The translations under genes and the position numbers were made by a program. Below, piece by piece: positions 24,492 to 41,555 of a stretch of DNA of 64,000 nucleotides (the first letter of the stretch is position 1; each line of letters starts with the position of its first letter). The DNA comes from the human T2T-CHM13v2.0 reference genome, Homo sapiens. The notes below the pieces were generated by a model. It was given only the letters and a program-made list of their open reading frames with translations, ran no database searches and was not told the DNA's origin. The DNA lies in NCBI RefSeq assembly GCF_009914755.1, contig NC_060926.1. One strand, given 5' to 3'.

Positions 24492-27199
24492 GGTAGAGGG
24501 CAATTTGAGCCTTCTCAAGATTTAATACAGACAACCCAAAAAGGACCATTTACATGCATATCAAAAGATACATTTAAACTAAGATATATAACTACTACAT
24601 TACTAGTCTAATAAAACTAATATCTATGGAATATGGTTTAATCTTAGGTTTGATCACTCATGTTCATGTAAAAACAAAAAAACCCTTCTTGTTGCTCTTT
24701 TTCTTCCAGGATGTTTCTACAAAACAATGTATTTTAAACCAAACTTTAGGCATTTGAAGTGCTAATAAAATCACCGTAAGTTCTTTATTTTGCTTCAAAT
24801 GATAACATTTGAGAAATAAACAGGATCTTCTCTCCAGCCAACATAAAAACTCTTTAAAGTCAGGATTCTTGTTTATTTTGTCTAGTGCTATATCCTCAGC
24901 ACCCAAAATAGTATCTGGCATTTAGCAGACTCAAAAAACGATATGTAGGTTGAATTAATTGACAACACAACAAAAAAATTTTAAAATGATCTCATGGATA
25001 TCACAAAAATTTAAGATTGGAATATAGCAATGGAAAGGGATAGTTTGTTCATGAAAAAAATGGATATGTCAAGGAGGTATGCTTATACAGAATCTACGGT
25101 CTGAGAGTGAGAACAACAATGTTTTCCTAATACATATTATTAAACTGATGGAAGAGCAAGCTACACTAGTAGTAATGGTATACATCTACTAACTGGATAG
25201 TTGGATATCCCATTATATCTCAGTTAATAAAAAAAAGACAAGAATACATGTTACCCTAAATGTCATCATTCTTTACATTACAAATTAATTGATTGGTTCT
25301 GTTCTTACCTTTTAAAAACTGCCCAAATTTTAGCTACTTATTCTTTCGTTAGGTAAGCAGAATGATAAAATGTTTAATAAAATTCAGAGAAAACCCTTTT
25401 CATGGATTCGATTCACAATTAAAATATTAGACATTAAGTCAATTACTAAATGGGTTAGGCAAAATTGTAGCTTGAAAAAAACCTAGAAATCATACTGTTC
25501 CTTCTACAGAACTATAGAAACTTTGGGTAGGTGTAAAACTTACACCTTGAATCTCAAGTTCTATAAACATGAAACTGCATTTACATATACTTTATTTCAT
25601 CTTATTTGTCTATTTTTCCCCTGCTTGGGAAGTCTTAAGACTTAAATACATCATCTCCACTTAAAAAAAAAAAAAAGGATTATATGGTAAACTCAAATTA
25701 TCTCTTTACAAAATAATGGCTGCTTTTACTTAATTTTAGGATTCTTTATATTAGAACCCTATTCATTGTTTTATTTCAAACAATAAACTACGCTGGCTTT
25801 CATTTGATGGTAACATTTATCTGCCAGCAGGAAAGGAATTAATATAACAAGTTCTATTATATCCAACAATTCTCCCACCAATTATTTCTCAAACTAAATA
25901 TAAATGTTTTATTTCAAAGAAATTTCATGAAGAATAAACTTTCAAAAAGTTCTTTTATTCATGTTCTATGCCTCGGAAACAAAAGGTTAAATAGACAGTG
26001 TATTACTCGTAATTGCCACCTTTTAAGCATTGGCTTTAAAATGTGGAGTTATATTTATTTCTATTATTTAGCAGAGAATAAAACGTTCTGGCAAATAAAG
26101 AATAAAAATAATAATACTTGGGGCCTACATGTATAACTACACTGTGGTTGACATCACTGAACAAGTCAAATTGATCTGAAACTCAGTGGGAAACCAATTA
26201 AAAAGCTAGTTATCACTCATAACACCAAGTCGAAAAAAAAGCTGTCCGAAGGCATTATTCAGAGCTCTCTTCTGGACCAATGGGATTCAATTTCATTTAT
26301 AAATAACTTAGAAAACAGAGCAGAAACTAAGAAGATATTTTGAAACTTACCAGTATTCTCAGAGGCTAGCAATGTGTAAAAGAGAGACAAGAGTGAAAAC
26401 AACAGCACTCTAGGATTTGGATTCACCTCCTCCCACCACGAGTTTAATCTCTGGGACCCAGCTGCCTCATCTATTTAGTAAATGCCGCAATACTGCCTGC
26501 TCAAATGAAAATGAGACTAAAGTAAAGATTGTCTTGAATTCTAATCCATAATACTTAAGATTATGCTCTTAGAGAAGTCTAACCTCTGGGTTAGAATTGT
26601 GAGTCTACCTTTCATAGCTGTAGAACCTTGATGGAGTTACTCAAACTGCCTGTGCCTCACTTTCCTCACTAGTGAAAGAGGGATAATAACAATATTTAGC
26701 TCATTTGGATTAGGAGAAAATCAGATTAGTTAGTACATAAAGGCCCTTAGAACAGTACCTGGCATACAGTGAATGTTATAAAAACATTAATACCAGCAAG
26801 AAGGTTTTTCACAAGTAGTGAATACAAGATATATATGACTCTGGTTGACATTTCAAGATCTACTTTATGATAAACAATAGCATCATATTAATAATTATAT
26901 CAATGATTACATTTCCAAATACCTAACAACTGCGATAACCTCCACTTATACCATCCTGAGTAAAATGGCAATTAACAGTAATATGAAAATGTGATGAGTT
27001 GATTTATGAAGTAGAAAAAAGCAACCATTTCCAAAAGGCATTGTCTCTGTCCCAAACGCTTCAAACCAAGTTTTAAAATTAGTTTTTACCCATGAGCAAA
27101 GGACAATTTGATTATTATAAAGGAGAACTAGTTTGTTAAATCATTAAAGTACAAGAGAAAGTCACAAACTTCAATGAGAAGTATTAAAGAATTTCCCAG

Positions 27200-27530
27200 G
27201 GCCAGGCCTGGTGGCTCACACCTATAATCCCAGCATTTTGGGAGGCACAGAGAAGGGAAGATTACTTGAGCCCAGGAGTTTGAGACCAGCCCCGGCAACA
27301 GAGCAAGACCTCATCTCTTCAAGAAAAAGAAAAAGGAAAAAAAAAAAGAAAAGACTAGCAAGGATTCAGGGGAAGCTGTCACAGGCCTGTAGTCCCAGCT
27401 ACTTAGGAGGCTGAGGTGGGAGGGTCACTTGAGCCCAGGAGATGAAGGCTGCAGTGAGCTGTGACTGTAACTGCATTCCAGCCTGGATGACAGAGAGAGA
27501 CTGTCTCAAAAAAATAAATTAAATTAATTA
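27200..27530 (+). mobile_element. AluJ
   Basis: cttgagcccaggagtttgagacc; expanded A-rich linker. Confidence 0.9.
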
Positions 27531-27596
27531 AATAACTTCCCAAAAAAGTCAGTTATATAACTCAGAAAGGCTGCTCTATACAAGATGATTAATGTC

Positions 27597-27693
27597 AACA
27601 AAACAAGAGAGATAAACAAAACAAGAGAGATAAACAAAACAGATGACTAGAGAAAACAGATGACAAGAGAGACAACAAAACAGATGACATGAG
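27597..27693. repeat. Mosaic tandem duplication
   Basis: aacaaaacaagagagata x2 followed by shuffled aaaacagatgac / aagagaga modules. Confidence 0.85.
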
Positions 27694-30586
27694 AAGTCAC
27701 TGGTATGAAAACTGACCTCCACCAGTACCACTTGCCTCTTGGGCAGATTACCCTAATTTTGAATAAGAGACACTGAAGGTCCTCAGAACAATGAAGGATG
27801 CCTATGCTCATTACAAAGAAAGTCACCAGGAAAGAAAGGAATCCTCAAGTATAATTTCAATGGCCTTGTACTTTATCAAGAATAAGCTAAAATGACCCAC
27901 ATCAAAAAGTCTCCCAAATAAAACACTTAGGTAATAAGTTTTACATTCTGAATTTGGTGTTATATACGTAAAATGTTTATAAATACATAGGTTTTATTGT
28001 TCATTTATTTTTGATATGATGTTCATATTTGTAGTATTACAGATGAAAAATAGGGACTCAACTTAAAATTGATTAACTACAACTTTCATTTATAGTAATC
28101 AACTAACCTATAGGTTCGAGGTTGCCAGTATTCCATTCAGTGAGGGGGAATATATATTAAATGTGGTAACACGGAAAGATCTGAGATCTGAGTCAACCAA
28201 GGATTGATGAGAATAATCCTTATACAGGGGAGACCCAAAAGTACATATCTACAACTGCCAAATGGGAAGAAATATGAGAGCAATCTAATAAATTCCACTC
28301 CCTATTCTGTAACTTAGACTGACACAGAACCAGTGGAGAGAAAAACAGAGAGACCCTTATTTCACATTACATGAAGACAAGCAGACCCTGACAAATAGCC
28401 TTTAGACTATTAATGACACCAGAAAAATCACTTCCAGAACAAAGATAAAAATATATGACATTTAAATTTATCAATTACAAAACTACTGAAATGTACCAAA
28501 ATATTCATGAATTGTATCAGTGTTCATTATAAAAAATAACCCACCTATGTGAGTATGTAGTGCTAATGGATTTTGAATAAAAGGATTAGAGAGGAAAGAA
28601 TACTTTTAAATCTCGTTTTCATTCATCTTACCAAAAAAGCACAGATTATGCCTATGCAGACCCCAAGCCAAAGGAACACTGATTTCTTCATAGCCACCCT
28701 TAAGAATCCCCGTATGTTCTTGCCTCTAAACTGTGCTGAATGGACATTTCACACACTATTTATATAACCATTCAACTCTGCCCAGCCTATGTATAATACT
28801 TATATAGTACTTAACTATCTGCAAGCACAAATATAAAGTTGTAAGCAATTACATATGTAAATTCGGCAGCCCTGAGAGATAGACAATATTATCTTTCTCA
28901 TTTTACAGGAGAGGAGACACAGGCACAGAAACAGTAAGCAACTTGTCCAGGGTCAAATAGCTAAGTTGCAGCTGGAATTTGAACCCAGGCAGTCCAGTTC
29001 CAGAGTCTACGCTCTCAGCCACTATGGCATTTTACTTATTTGAATCCCGCCTTTTCCAGCTCAAATTCCAGCTTCCCAAAGATGTTACTGTAGCCATTCC
29101 AGTCCAGATTGGTTTCTTTTTGTTCTAAATCCTCACTACTTATCTGGACAACCATGTGGCATTTAATCTTTCGATAGTATATAAGTGGTATACTTCTCAA
29201 ATTCCCTGAAGTTCTTATCTATTGTTAATTTCCTAGATTGTCTCCCCACTAAAAGTAAATATTCTCTGATAAATACCCCTTTGTGTCCATCACAACTCCC
29301 AGTGCTCTTATATGCATAATAATAACATATAAGCAATAATTTTAACTAACTTTATATAAATGCATTATTTCATTTAATCGTGAATCAAACACCCTAAAAG
29401 GTATATATCACAATTATAAATTTCCAGATAAACAATCCACATGAGCTCAAAAATAGTCACTAATGAATGAATGATCAGTAGGAACAGACCATTGATACTC
29501 TCTTAATTCTAAAATCAGAGCTCTCAAAGGAAAAAACTCTTAAGAACTAGAAAGACAAGATCAAATCAAGCTGTGAAAACTTATTGCACATTGAATAAAA
29601 ACTATAAAAGTCAACGTAAGAGGAAGACTACATAGCTAAGACTATTTGCCTGTAGATAACCCTTTCTGCATTTATCTCACTGCTACTGTAATTATTTGTA
29701 TACATATATTTCAGAGGAGGGTACTTTATACTCCCAGCACCTAACTCACAGTAGTAGCTCACAGAAATGATTCAATCAAGTAACTAATTAGCAAGCTTCC
29801 TGAAATGAATCACTGTGCTTCTCAAGCTTGTGAAAAACCCTCCAATGACAGAAAAAATTATACTTTGGAAACCAAGTTATACAAAGGCAGTAGGAAGAAA
29901 AAAATGTTGATATAAAATATTCAAAAAGAAAAACTAAAAATCATAAATATGGCACGTTAACCTCATCTAAATGGATAGAAAGGTAGCACGATTCACAGCA
30001 TGCATATTTACAATGTTGTCTTTAACTGTGTCAGTCAATGCGGTGTTCATTAGAGGAAAAAAATTGAAACCTTCTGATGTTCCCAGACCAAGCTTATCAG
30101 ACTTTCTTCCATGTTATTAAACCTCTCATGTATTTCCATTACTGCTGTCATTGCACTGAATTATAATTATTTATTTATGTGTCTTGCTCCTTCACTAGAC
30201 TATGAGCTCCTTCAAAGCTTTCATCGTTTTTGATTCGTTAGTGGAATACCTGGCATTTATTTAAAACTTACTACATATTTAATAGATGGATAGATAGACA
30301 GGAGGATGGACAGACTGAAGGAAGAATGGATGATTATGTATAAATAAATGAAAAAACAAAAACTATCCCCAAATCATAAGGGTATACGCAATGCTTTCCT
30401 GTGGCAAAAGATTCGGAACATGTACAGCAGATTTTTTTTCAAATGTTCATAATTCTAAATTCCCAAAATGGTCTACACAACTCCCTATTTTCCACCCATG
30501 CCATCAACAACAATGCAATGTTCTATGGGACAGGTGACTCTTCGCCTGTGTATGAGCACTTATGAGTACAAAGAGATGTGGAATTT

Positions 30587-30725
30587 AGCTGGGCATGATG
30601 GAGGATACCTGGAGTTCCAGCTACTGGGGAGGCTGAGCAGAAGGATCACTCGTGCCCAGGAGTTTGAGACCATCCTGGGTGACAGAGAGTCTCCATCTCT
30701 TGAAAGAGAAAGAGAGAGAGAGAGG
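30587..30725 (+). mobile_element. Alu monomer (FLAM-like) with (GA)n tail
   Basis: Single arm; flanking agag(at)gtggaa direct repeat. Confidence 0.75.
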
Positions 30726-32398
30726 TGGAAAGTCCTAAGCTATTAATAAACAAAGAAGCACAGAGGTTGTTTGCCCTGAGATACTGCTGCACAAGTCTAT
30801 GTGAGCCTTTTACAATCATGAGTTCTTTGAGTCTAGGCAAAATTACACTGCAGACAGGCATAAAATCACAGCTGAGGAAATGAAGACCCTGGAAATGAAG
30901 AGGGAGTGTTCTGATGTCAGTTCGACAGAATGTGACTAGGAAGACAATGGTGTAGCTATCTGCAGGGCGAATAAGTCTAACACACTTTAGTGTTGATGAG
31001 GTTCAAGATTAAACTAGAGTTAGGTAGAGAAGGGAAACAAAACACTAAAGAATTTGAAGAAAACAGTTCTTATGACTGTCAATATAGATTTTTAACTACA
31101 TAACATTCATTCATTCCACAAACCTTTATTGAACAACTAAAATTTTTAAAAATAAATACAAAGGTATTGCTCCTGCCCTCAAGAAACACAAAAATAGACC
31201 AGAAAATAGATGCTATAATAAGTTAACAATTGAGACACAAAGTGCCACTGGTATTCAAAGAGAAAATGACCCTGAGAGGCAGAATGAGAACCAAGGGTCC
31301 AAGAATGAAGTGGGATATATGTGACTGTTTCTTTAAAAAATTGTCCATAAATGCCCTTGAGAGATAACACATAGCACCAACTCTCCCAAACACCTGCGGC
31401 TGACAGTCAACCTCTGGGATGGCAATTTGGAAAAAGAACATCTCTGGCTCAATACATTGCAGCTTTGCTTATTTGTTGTTCGCAGTAATGAAAAGTCCAT
31501 GTGTTAAAATATACTGTATTTCAACTACATTTCTTGATCACTTTCTGTAATTTCCAGATTAAGGAAAGCCTTTCACCTGTTCCTAATTCTGAAATCCATT
31601 TAATCAACTGCATAGAGACATTAACCTTATAGTACACACCATGAGGTGGCTGGTGGAGCTCGTATTTTGATTAAATAAATCATATGTTATGGGAAAAGAC
31701 AGAATAGGCTCCATGACAACAGGGATAAGAACTCAACTAATGAGATGAACAAACCTACACAAAACAGACTAATAAAAGATCAGCTCAGGAAAATTACTTT
31801 AAAACACTAAAAGAGAACTTCTGCTTTGAACAACAATGAAGTATGGAGTAACAGGAACAGTAATGAATCTCTTGAATTAATCTAAAAAACTACCACCACG
31901 ATCAACAACAAAAATAGACAGCAGGACACCAGGCACTGCAGGATAACGACACTAAGGGAAGGGAAAAAAACAAAGTGAGCCCAGCAGCGCCCTCGCTCAC
32001 TGCCTGAAGAGAAGTGACAGGCTGCAGCATAAAAAGGGAACTCTAAACAGAGCCTGGCAGGCCTTCTGGGCTGCAGAGACAGAGTTTGAAAGTCAGAGAG
32101 CCAGAGTAGCTAGAATTTACAGACAATGGATCAGAGAAGAACGTGCACTGAGAAAGAAAGCTCCAAAAATCCTGGGAGGGGTCCCTCTAGTCATTGACTA
32201 AGCACTGCTCAGTGTGTACCTGTGATGAAATCACACAAGGATGGGGAAACCAACCAAAGGAGCAGAAAGAACATCCCTGGACCTCACATAGGGCCAGGAA
32301 TAGTTCAAGTTCCAGTCAGCCAGAATACGAAAAACTAGTAATCTGTAGGGTAACAGGTTTTATTATTTTATTTCATTATATATTAAAGAATATTACCC

Positions 32399-32710
32399 GG
32401 CCGGGCACGGTGGCTCACGCCTGTAATCCCAGCACTTTGGGAGGCCGAGGCAGGCGGACCACGAGGTCTGCAGATCGAGACCATCCTGGCTAACACGGTG
32501 AAACCCCGTCTCTACTAAAAATACACACACAAAAAAAATTAGCCGGGTGCAGTGGCAGGCACCTGCAGTCCCAGCTACTTGGGAGGCTGAGGCAGGAGAA
32601 TGGCGTGAACCGGGAGGTGGGGCTTGCAGTGAGCTGAGACATCGCCACTGCACTCCGACCTGGGCCAAAGAGCAAGACTCGGTCTCAAATAAAAAAAAAA
32701 AAAAAAAAAA
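32399..32710 (+). mobile_element. AluY
   Basis: gatcgagaccatcctggctaacacgg; ggagaatggcgtgaacc; TSD aagaatattaccc. Confidence 0.95.
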
Positions 32711-32843
32711 GAATATTACCCCAGCAGGTGAGCAAAATTAGCCTTAGACAAAAGGCTGCCCTGTTCCCACTAACAAAGCTAAAAGGTAAACCTCAAGATC
32801 ATCAAAGTTCTTGAGTAATTTAACTGCACCCCAGAAAAAAGCT

Positions 32844-33353
32844 TCAGAATACTTTCAGGGATAAATTAAAAAAAAAAAATCTTGAGGGGAGGAGCCAAGA
32901 TGGCTGAACAGCTCTGGTTGCAAACAGCAACAGCTCTGGTCTACAGCTCCCAGCGTGAGCGATGCAGAAGATGCATGATTTCTGCATTTCCATCTGAGGT
33001 ACCGGGTTCATCTCACTAGGGAGTGCCAGACAGTGGGCGCAGGTCAGTGGGTGCAGCGCGCCGTGCACAAGCCGAAGTAGGGCGAGGCATTGCCTCACTC
33101 GGGAAGCGCAAGGGGTCAGGGAGTTCCCTTTCCTAGTCAAAGAAAGGGGTGACAGACAGCACCTGGAAAATCGGGTCACTCCCACACGAATACTGCGCTT
33201 TTCCAACGGGCTTAAAAAATGGCGCATCAGGAGATTATATCCTGCACCTGGCTCGGAGGGTCCTACGTCCACGGAGTCTCCCTGATTGCTAACACAGCTG
33301 TCTGAGATCAAACCGCAAGGCGGCAGTGAGGCTGGGGGAGGGGCAACCGCCAT
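32844..33353 (-). CDS. L1 ORF0 (antisense 5'UTR ORF), open for 169 codons
   Basis: gcaATGG context; MAVAPPPASLPPCGLISDSCVSNQGDSVDVGPSEPG...IRVGVTRFSR matches primate ORF0; translation not demonstrated. Confidence 0.6.
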   Translation of the reverse strand: MAVAPPPASLPPCGLISDSCVSNQGDSVDVGPSEPGAGYNLLMRHFLSPLEKRSIRVGVTRFSRCCLSPLSLTRKGNSLTPCASRVRQCLALLRLVHGALHPLTCAHCLALPSEMNPVPQMEMQKSCIFCIAHAGSCRPELLLFATRAVQPSWLLPSRFFFFNLSLKVF

Positions 33354-33936
33354 TGCCCAGACTTGCTTAGGTAAACAAAGCAGGCGGGAAGCTCGAACTG
33401 GGCGGAGCCCACCACAGCTCAAGGAGGCCTGCCTGCCTCTGTAGGCTCCATCTCTGGGGGCAGGGCACAGACAAACTAAAAGACAGCAGTAATCTCTGCA
33501 GACTTAAATGTCCATGTCTGACAGCTTTGAAGAGAGCAGTGGTTCTCCCAGCACCCAGCTGGAGATCTGAGAACGGGCAGACTGCCTCCTCAAGTGGGTC
33601 CCTGACCCCTGACCCCCGAGCAGCCTAACTGGGAGACAGCCCCCAGTAGGGGCAGACTGACACTTCACACGGCCCGGTACTCCACTGAGACAAAACTTCC
33701 AGAGGAATGATCAGACAGCAGCATTCGCGGTTCACGAAAAACCGCTATTCTGCAGACACCGCTGCTGATACCCAGGCAAACAGGGTCTGGAGTGGACCTC
33801 TACCAAACTCTAACAGACCTGCAGCTGAGGGTCCTGTCTGTTAGAAGGAAAACTAACAAACAGAAAGGACATCCACACCAAAAACCCATCTGTACATCAC
33901 CATCATCAAAGGCCAAAAGTAGATAAAACCACAAAG
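32884..33936. promoter_or_regulatory. L1 5'UTR internal sense promoter and antisense promoter; the antisense promoter points in the NBAS sense direction
   Basis: YY1 core CAAGATGGC near 32896; CpG-richer 5'UTR; promoter positions inferred from L1 consensus. Confidence 0.6.
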
Positions 33937-34950
33937 ATGGGGAAAAAACAGAGCAGAAAAACTGGAAACTCTCAAAAGCAGAGCAACTCTCCTCCTCCAA
34001 AGGAACGCAGTTCCTCACCAGCAATGGGACAAAGCTGGATGGAGAATGACTTTGATGAGTTGAGAGAAGGCTTCAGATGATCCAACTACTCCGAGCTACA
34101 GGAGGAAATTCAAACCAAAGGCAAAGAATTTGAAAACTTTGAAAAAAATTTAGACGAATGTATAACTAGAATAACCAATACAGAGAAGTGCTTAAAGGAG
34201 CTGATGGAGCTGAAAGCCAAGGCTGGAGAACTACGTGAAGAATGCAGAAGCCTCAGGAGCCGATGCGATCAACTGGAAGAAAGGGTATCAGCGATGGAAG
34301 ATGAAATGAATGAAATGAAGCGAGAAGGGAAGTTTAGAGAAAAAAGAATAAAAAGAAACGAACAAAGCCTCCAAGAAATATGGGACTATGTGAAAAGACC
34401 AAATCTGCATCTGATTGGTGTACCTGAAAGTGACGGGGAGAATGGAACCAAGTTGGAAAACATTCTGCAGGATATTATCCAGGAGAACTTCCCCAATCTA
34501 GCAAGGCAAGCCAACATTCAGATTCAGGAAATACAGAGAATGCCACAAAGATACTCATTGAGAAGAGCAACTCCAAGACACATAATTGTCAGATTCACCA
34601 AAGTTGAAATGAAGGAAAAAATGTTAAGGGCAGCCAGAGAGAAAGGTCGGGTTACCCACAAAGGGAAGCCCATCAGACTAACAGCGGATCTCTCGGCAGA
34701 AACTCTACAAACCAGAAGAGAGTGGGGGCCAATATTCAACATTCTTAAAGAAAAGAATTTTCAAACCAGAATTTCATATCCAGCCAAACTAAGCTTCATA
34801 AGTGAAGGAGAAATAAAATACTTTACAGACAAGCAAATGCTGAGAGATTTTGTCACCACCAGGCCTGCCCTAAAAGAGCTCCTGAAGGAAGCACTAAACA
34901 TGGAAAGGAACAACCGGTACCAGCTGCTGCAAAATCATGCCAAAATGTAA
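33937..34950 (+). pseudogene. L1 ORF1, disabled
   Basis: ATGGGGAAAAAACAG start; in-frame TGA at 34078-34080 (codon 48); remainder open to LQNHAKM*. Confidence 0.93.
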
Positions 34951-34998
34951 AGACCATCGAGACTAGGAAGAAACTGCATCAACTAACGAGCAAAATAA

Positions 34999-38840
<3,842 letters not shown>

Positions 38841-41179
38841 ACAATGAGAACACATGGACACAGGAAGGGGAACATCACACTCTGGGGACTGTTGTGGGGT
38901 GGGGGGAGGGGGGAGGGATAGCATTGGGAGATATACCTAATGCTAGATGACGAGTTGGTGGGTGCAGCACACCAGCATGGCACATGTATACATATGTAAC
39001 TAACCCGCACATTGTGTCCATGTACCCTAAAACTTAAAGTATAATAATAAAAAAAAATTTTTAAATTTACTTTCAACTAAAAAAAAAAATCTACATCCAA
39101 ATTATGTAAAATTCTTAATGTCTGTTATCCAATAAAAGTTACCAGGTATGTAAAGAAGAAGGAAATTATGGCTTATAACCAGAACAAAAATCAATTTCTT
39201 GAAACAGATCAAGAAACACCAATGACATGAGAACAAGAGGCACAGAATATTAAAGACCCAAATCAAACTTCTAGGAATGAAAAACATAGTCTCGGAGATT
39301 AAAAAAAAAAATACACTGAAGGCATCAATTATAGACAAGTCAGAAGAAAAGAATAGCAAATTTAAGGACACAGTAATAGAAACAATCCAAAATAAAATCA
39401 GTATAAAAAAGAAACTTTTTAAAATGGGCTGTAAGATATGATCACATGGTCAACATACATATAATAGGAGTCCCAGAAAAAAAAAAGTGTGTGTATTGGG
39501 AAGGAGAAACAAGGAAGGGAAAAAAATATTTGAAGAAATAATGACCATAAATTTCCTAAATTTGGTGAAACTCTGAAGTCCATAGATCCAAGGAACTTGA
39601 TAACCAACAAGAATAAACTCAAAGAAGAACACACCAAGGCATATAATAATAAAATGGCTCAAAACTAGTTATAAATAAAATCTTAAAAGCATGCAAAGAA
39701 AACAAGACACATCATGCAAAGAGAAACAAAGATAAAGAATGACAGCAGACTTCTGCTTAAAGCAATACAAGCCAGAAGACAGCAGGGTAGCTCCAACGAG
39801 GTACTAAACAAGTACAACTGTTAGCCTAGAATTCTATACTCAATAAAATATCTTCCAAAACTAAGCAAAGATTTCTCCCCATCCATAAAAGCAAAGAGAA
39901 TTCAACATCAGCGCTGCAAGGCATGCTAAAGAAAGTGTTTCAGGCTGAAGGAAACTGACACTAGATATAAATTGTATCTACACAAAGCAATGAAGAGGAC
40001 TGGAAATGGTAAATATGTGTGTAAAAACAAAATACATTTTCAATTTTAAAAAATTACTGATAAGAGCAAAAATAACAAAAATGTATTACGGAGTTCATAA
40101 CACATGCTTGTAAAAGTTAAATGTATGGCAACAATAGTGCAAAAGCCAGAAGGAGGAAAATGGAAAAACATTATTTTAAGTTCTTACATTATACATGAAG
40201 TACTAGTAAACTATTTGAAGTTAGACTATTATAAGTTAAAGAAGTCTACTATAAACCCTAGAGCAACCACTAAAAAGAAAAAAAAAAAATCACAAGAAAG
40301 TATAACTAACAATTCAATAAAGGAGATTGAATATAATTATAAAAATATTCAAATCAAAAGAAAACAGAAAAAGAAAAAAAGGGAAACAATGAAAAATTGA
40401 GACAAGTAGCAAACAAATATCAAAACAAATACCAAAAACGGGACAAGTAGTAAACGAATACCAAATGCCAACACACGGGACATGTGAACAAATGAAAATA
40501 CCAATGGGACAGTAGTAAACAAATACCAGTTTAAAACATCAGCTTTACGCTGAACCATATTGAACCATGCCTTAAATACAAACAGTAAGTCCCAGCATGC
40601 CAATTAAAAGCTACACATTGCCAGACTGGATAATACAGAAAGATCCCATTATATGTTGTTCATAAATAACACTTTAAATTGTTTTTAAAAGTCAATGTAC
40701 ATCCAACATTAGAAAAGCAAGAAAGGCATCTGACTTGATGGATATGAGAATTTCATCTCTGTTGAGAGGGAAAGACAGTTCTTTATGTTTTCCCAGAGTT
40801 TAGGTAAAATAGTTCTCTTGGTCCCTTGATTAAGAGAAAAAGCTAATGTGCTGTGTTAGAAACCAAGATAGTGGCTCTCTGGAGTGAGGTGGCTAGAAGA
40901 CGGTAAAAGGAGAGAGCACAAGGGATGCTGGTAATATTCTGTTTCTTAATCATGTTCACTTGGTGAAAATTCATCAAGTTGCACATTGATGATTTGTTCA
41001 TTTTCCCGTATCCATAATTCAATTAAAAGTGAAATTTAAAACCTCAACTTCATTTGATGCAATGCTCACTAAGCAATTTTTTTATTAGTAATTTGGAAAC
41101 TCAGGTACCTCACACCAGGAAAGGGGCACTGTCTCAGATAATAAATCAAAGCACAAGTGTTATCAAGAAGAAATACTCC

Positions 41180-41555
41180 TGTCTTACTCCATTTATGCTG
41201 CTAGAACAAAATACCTGAGACTGGGTAATTTATAAATAACAGAAATTTATGTCTCACAGTTCCAGAAGCTAGGAAATCCAAAATCAAGGGTTTGGTTTCT
41301 GGTGAGGGCCCAGTCTCTATTTCCAAGATAGTACCATGTCACTGTGACCCTCAGAGGGGACGAAGGCTGTGTCCTCACATGGTGAAAGGAACAAAATGGC
41401 AAGAGAGCACTCCTTTCTCTCTCAAGCCTTTATAAGGGTGCTGATCCCATCATGGGAACTTGGCCTCCCAAAGGCCACACCATTTAATACTGTTGCATTA
41501 AGAATAAAGTTTCAACATGAATTTTGGAGAGGGCATCATCAGTCGAACTACAGCA
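41180..41555 (-). mobile_element. MaLR LTR (MST-type)
   Basis: aaatacctgagactgggtaatttataaataacagaaatttat...tttcaacatgaattttggagaggg. Confidence 0.85.

Noticed and set aside
38893-38920. G-quadruplex as a novel element (also near 63262-63287)
   Set aside because: Standard G-rich tract of the L1 3'UTR
40399-40530. CRISPR-like array
   Set aside because: Eukaryotic LINE context, degenerate repeats, irregular spacing, no cas genes
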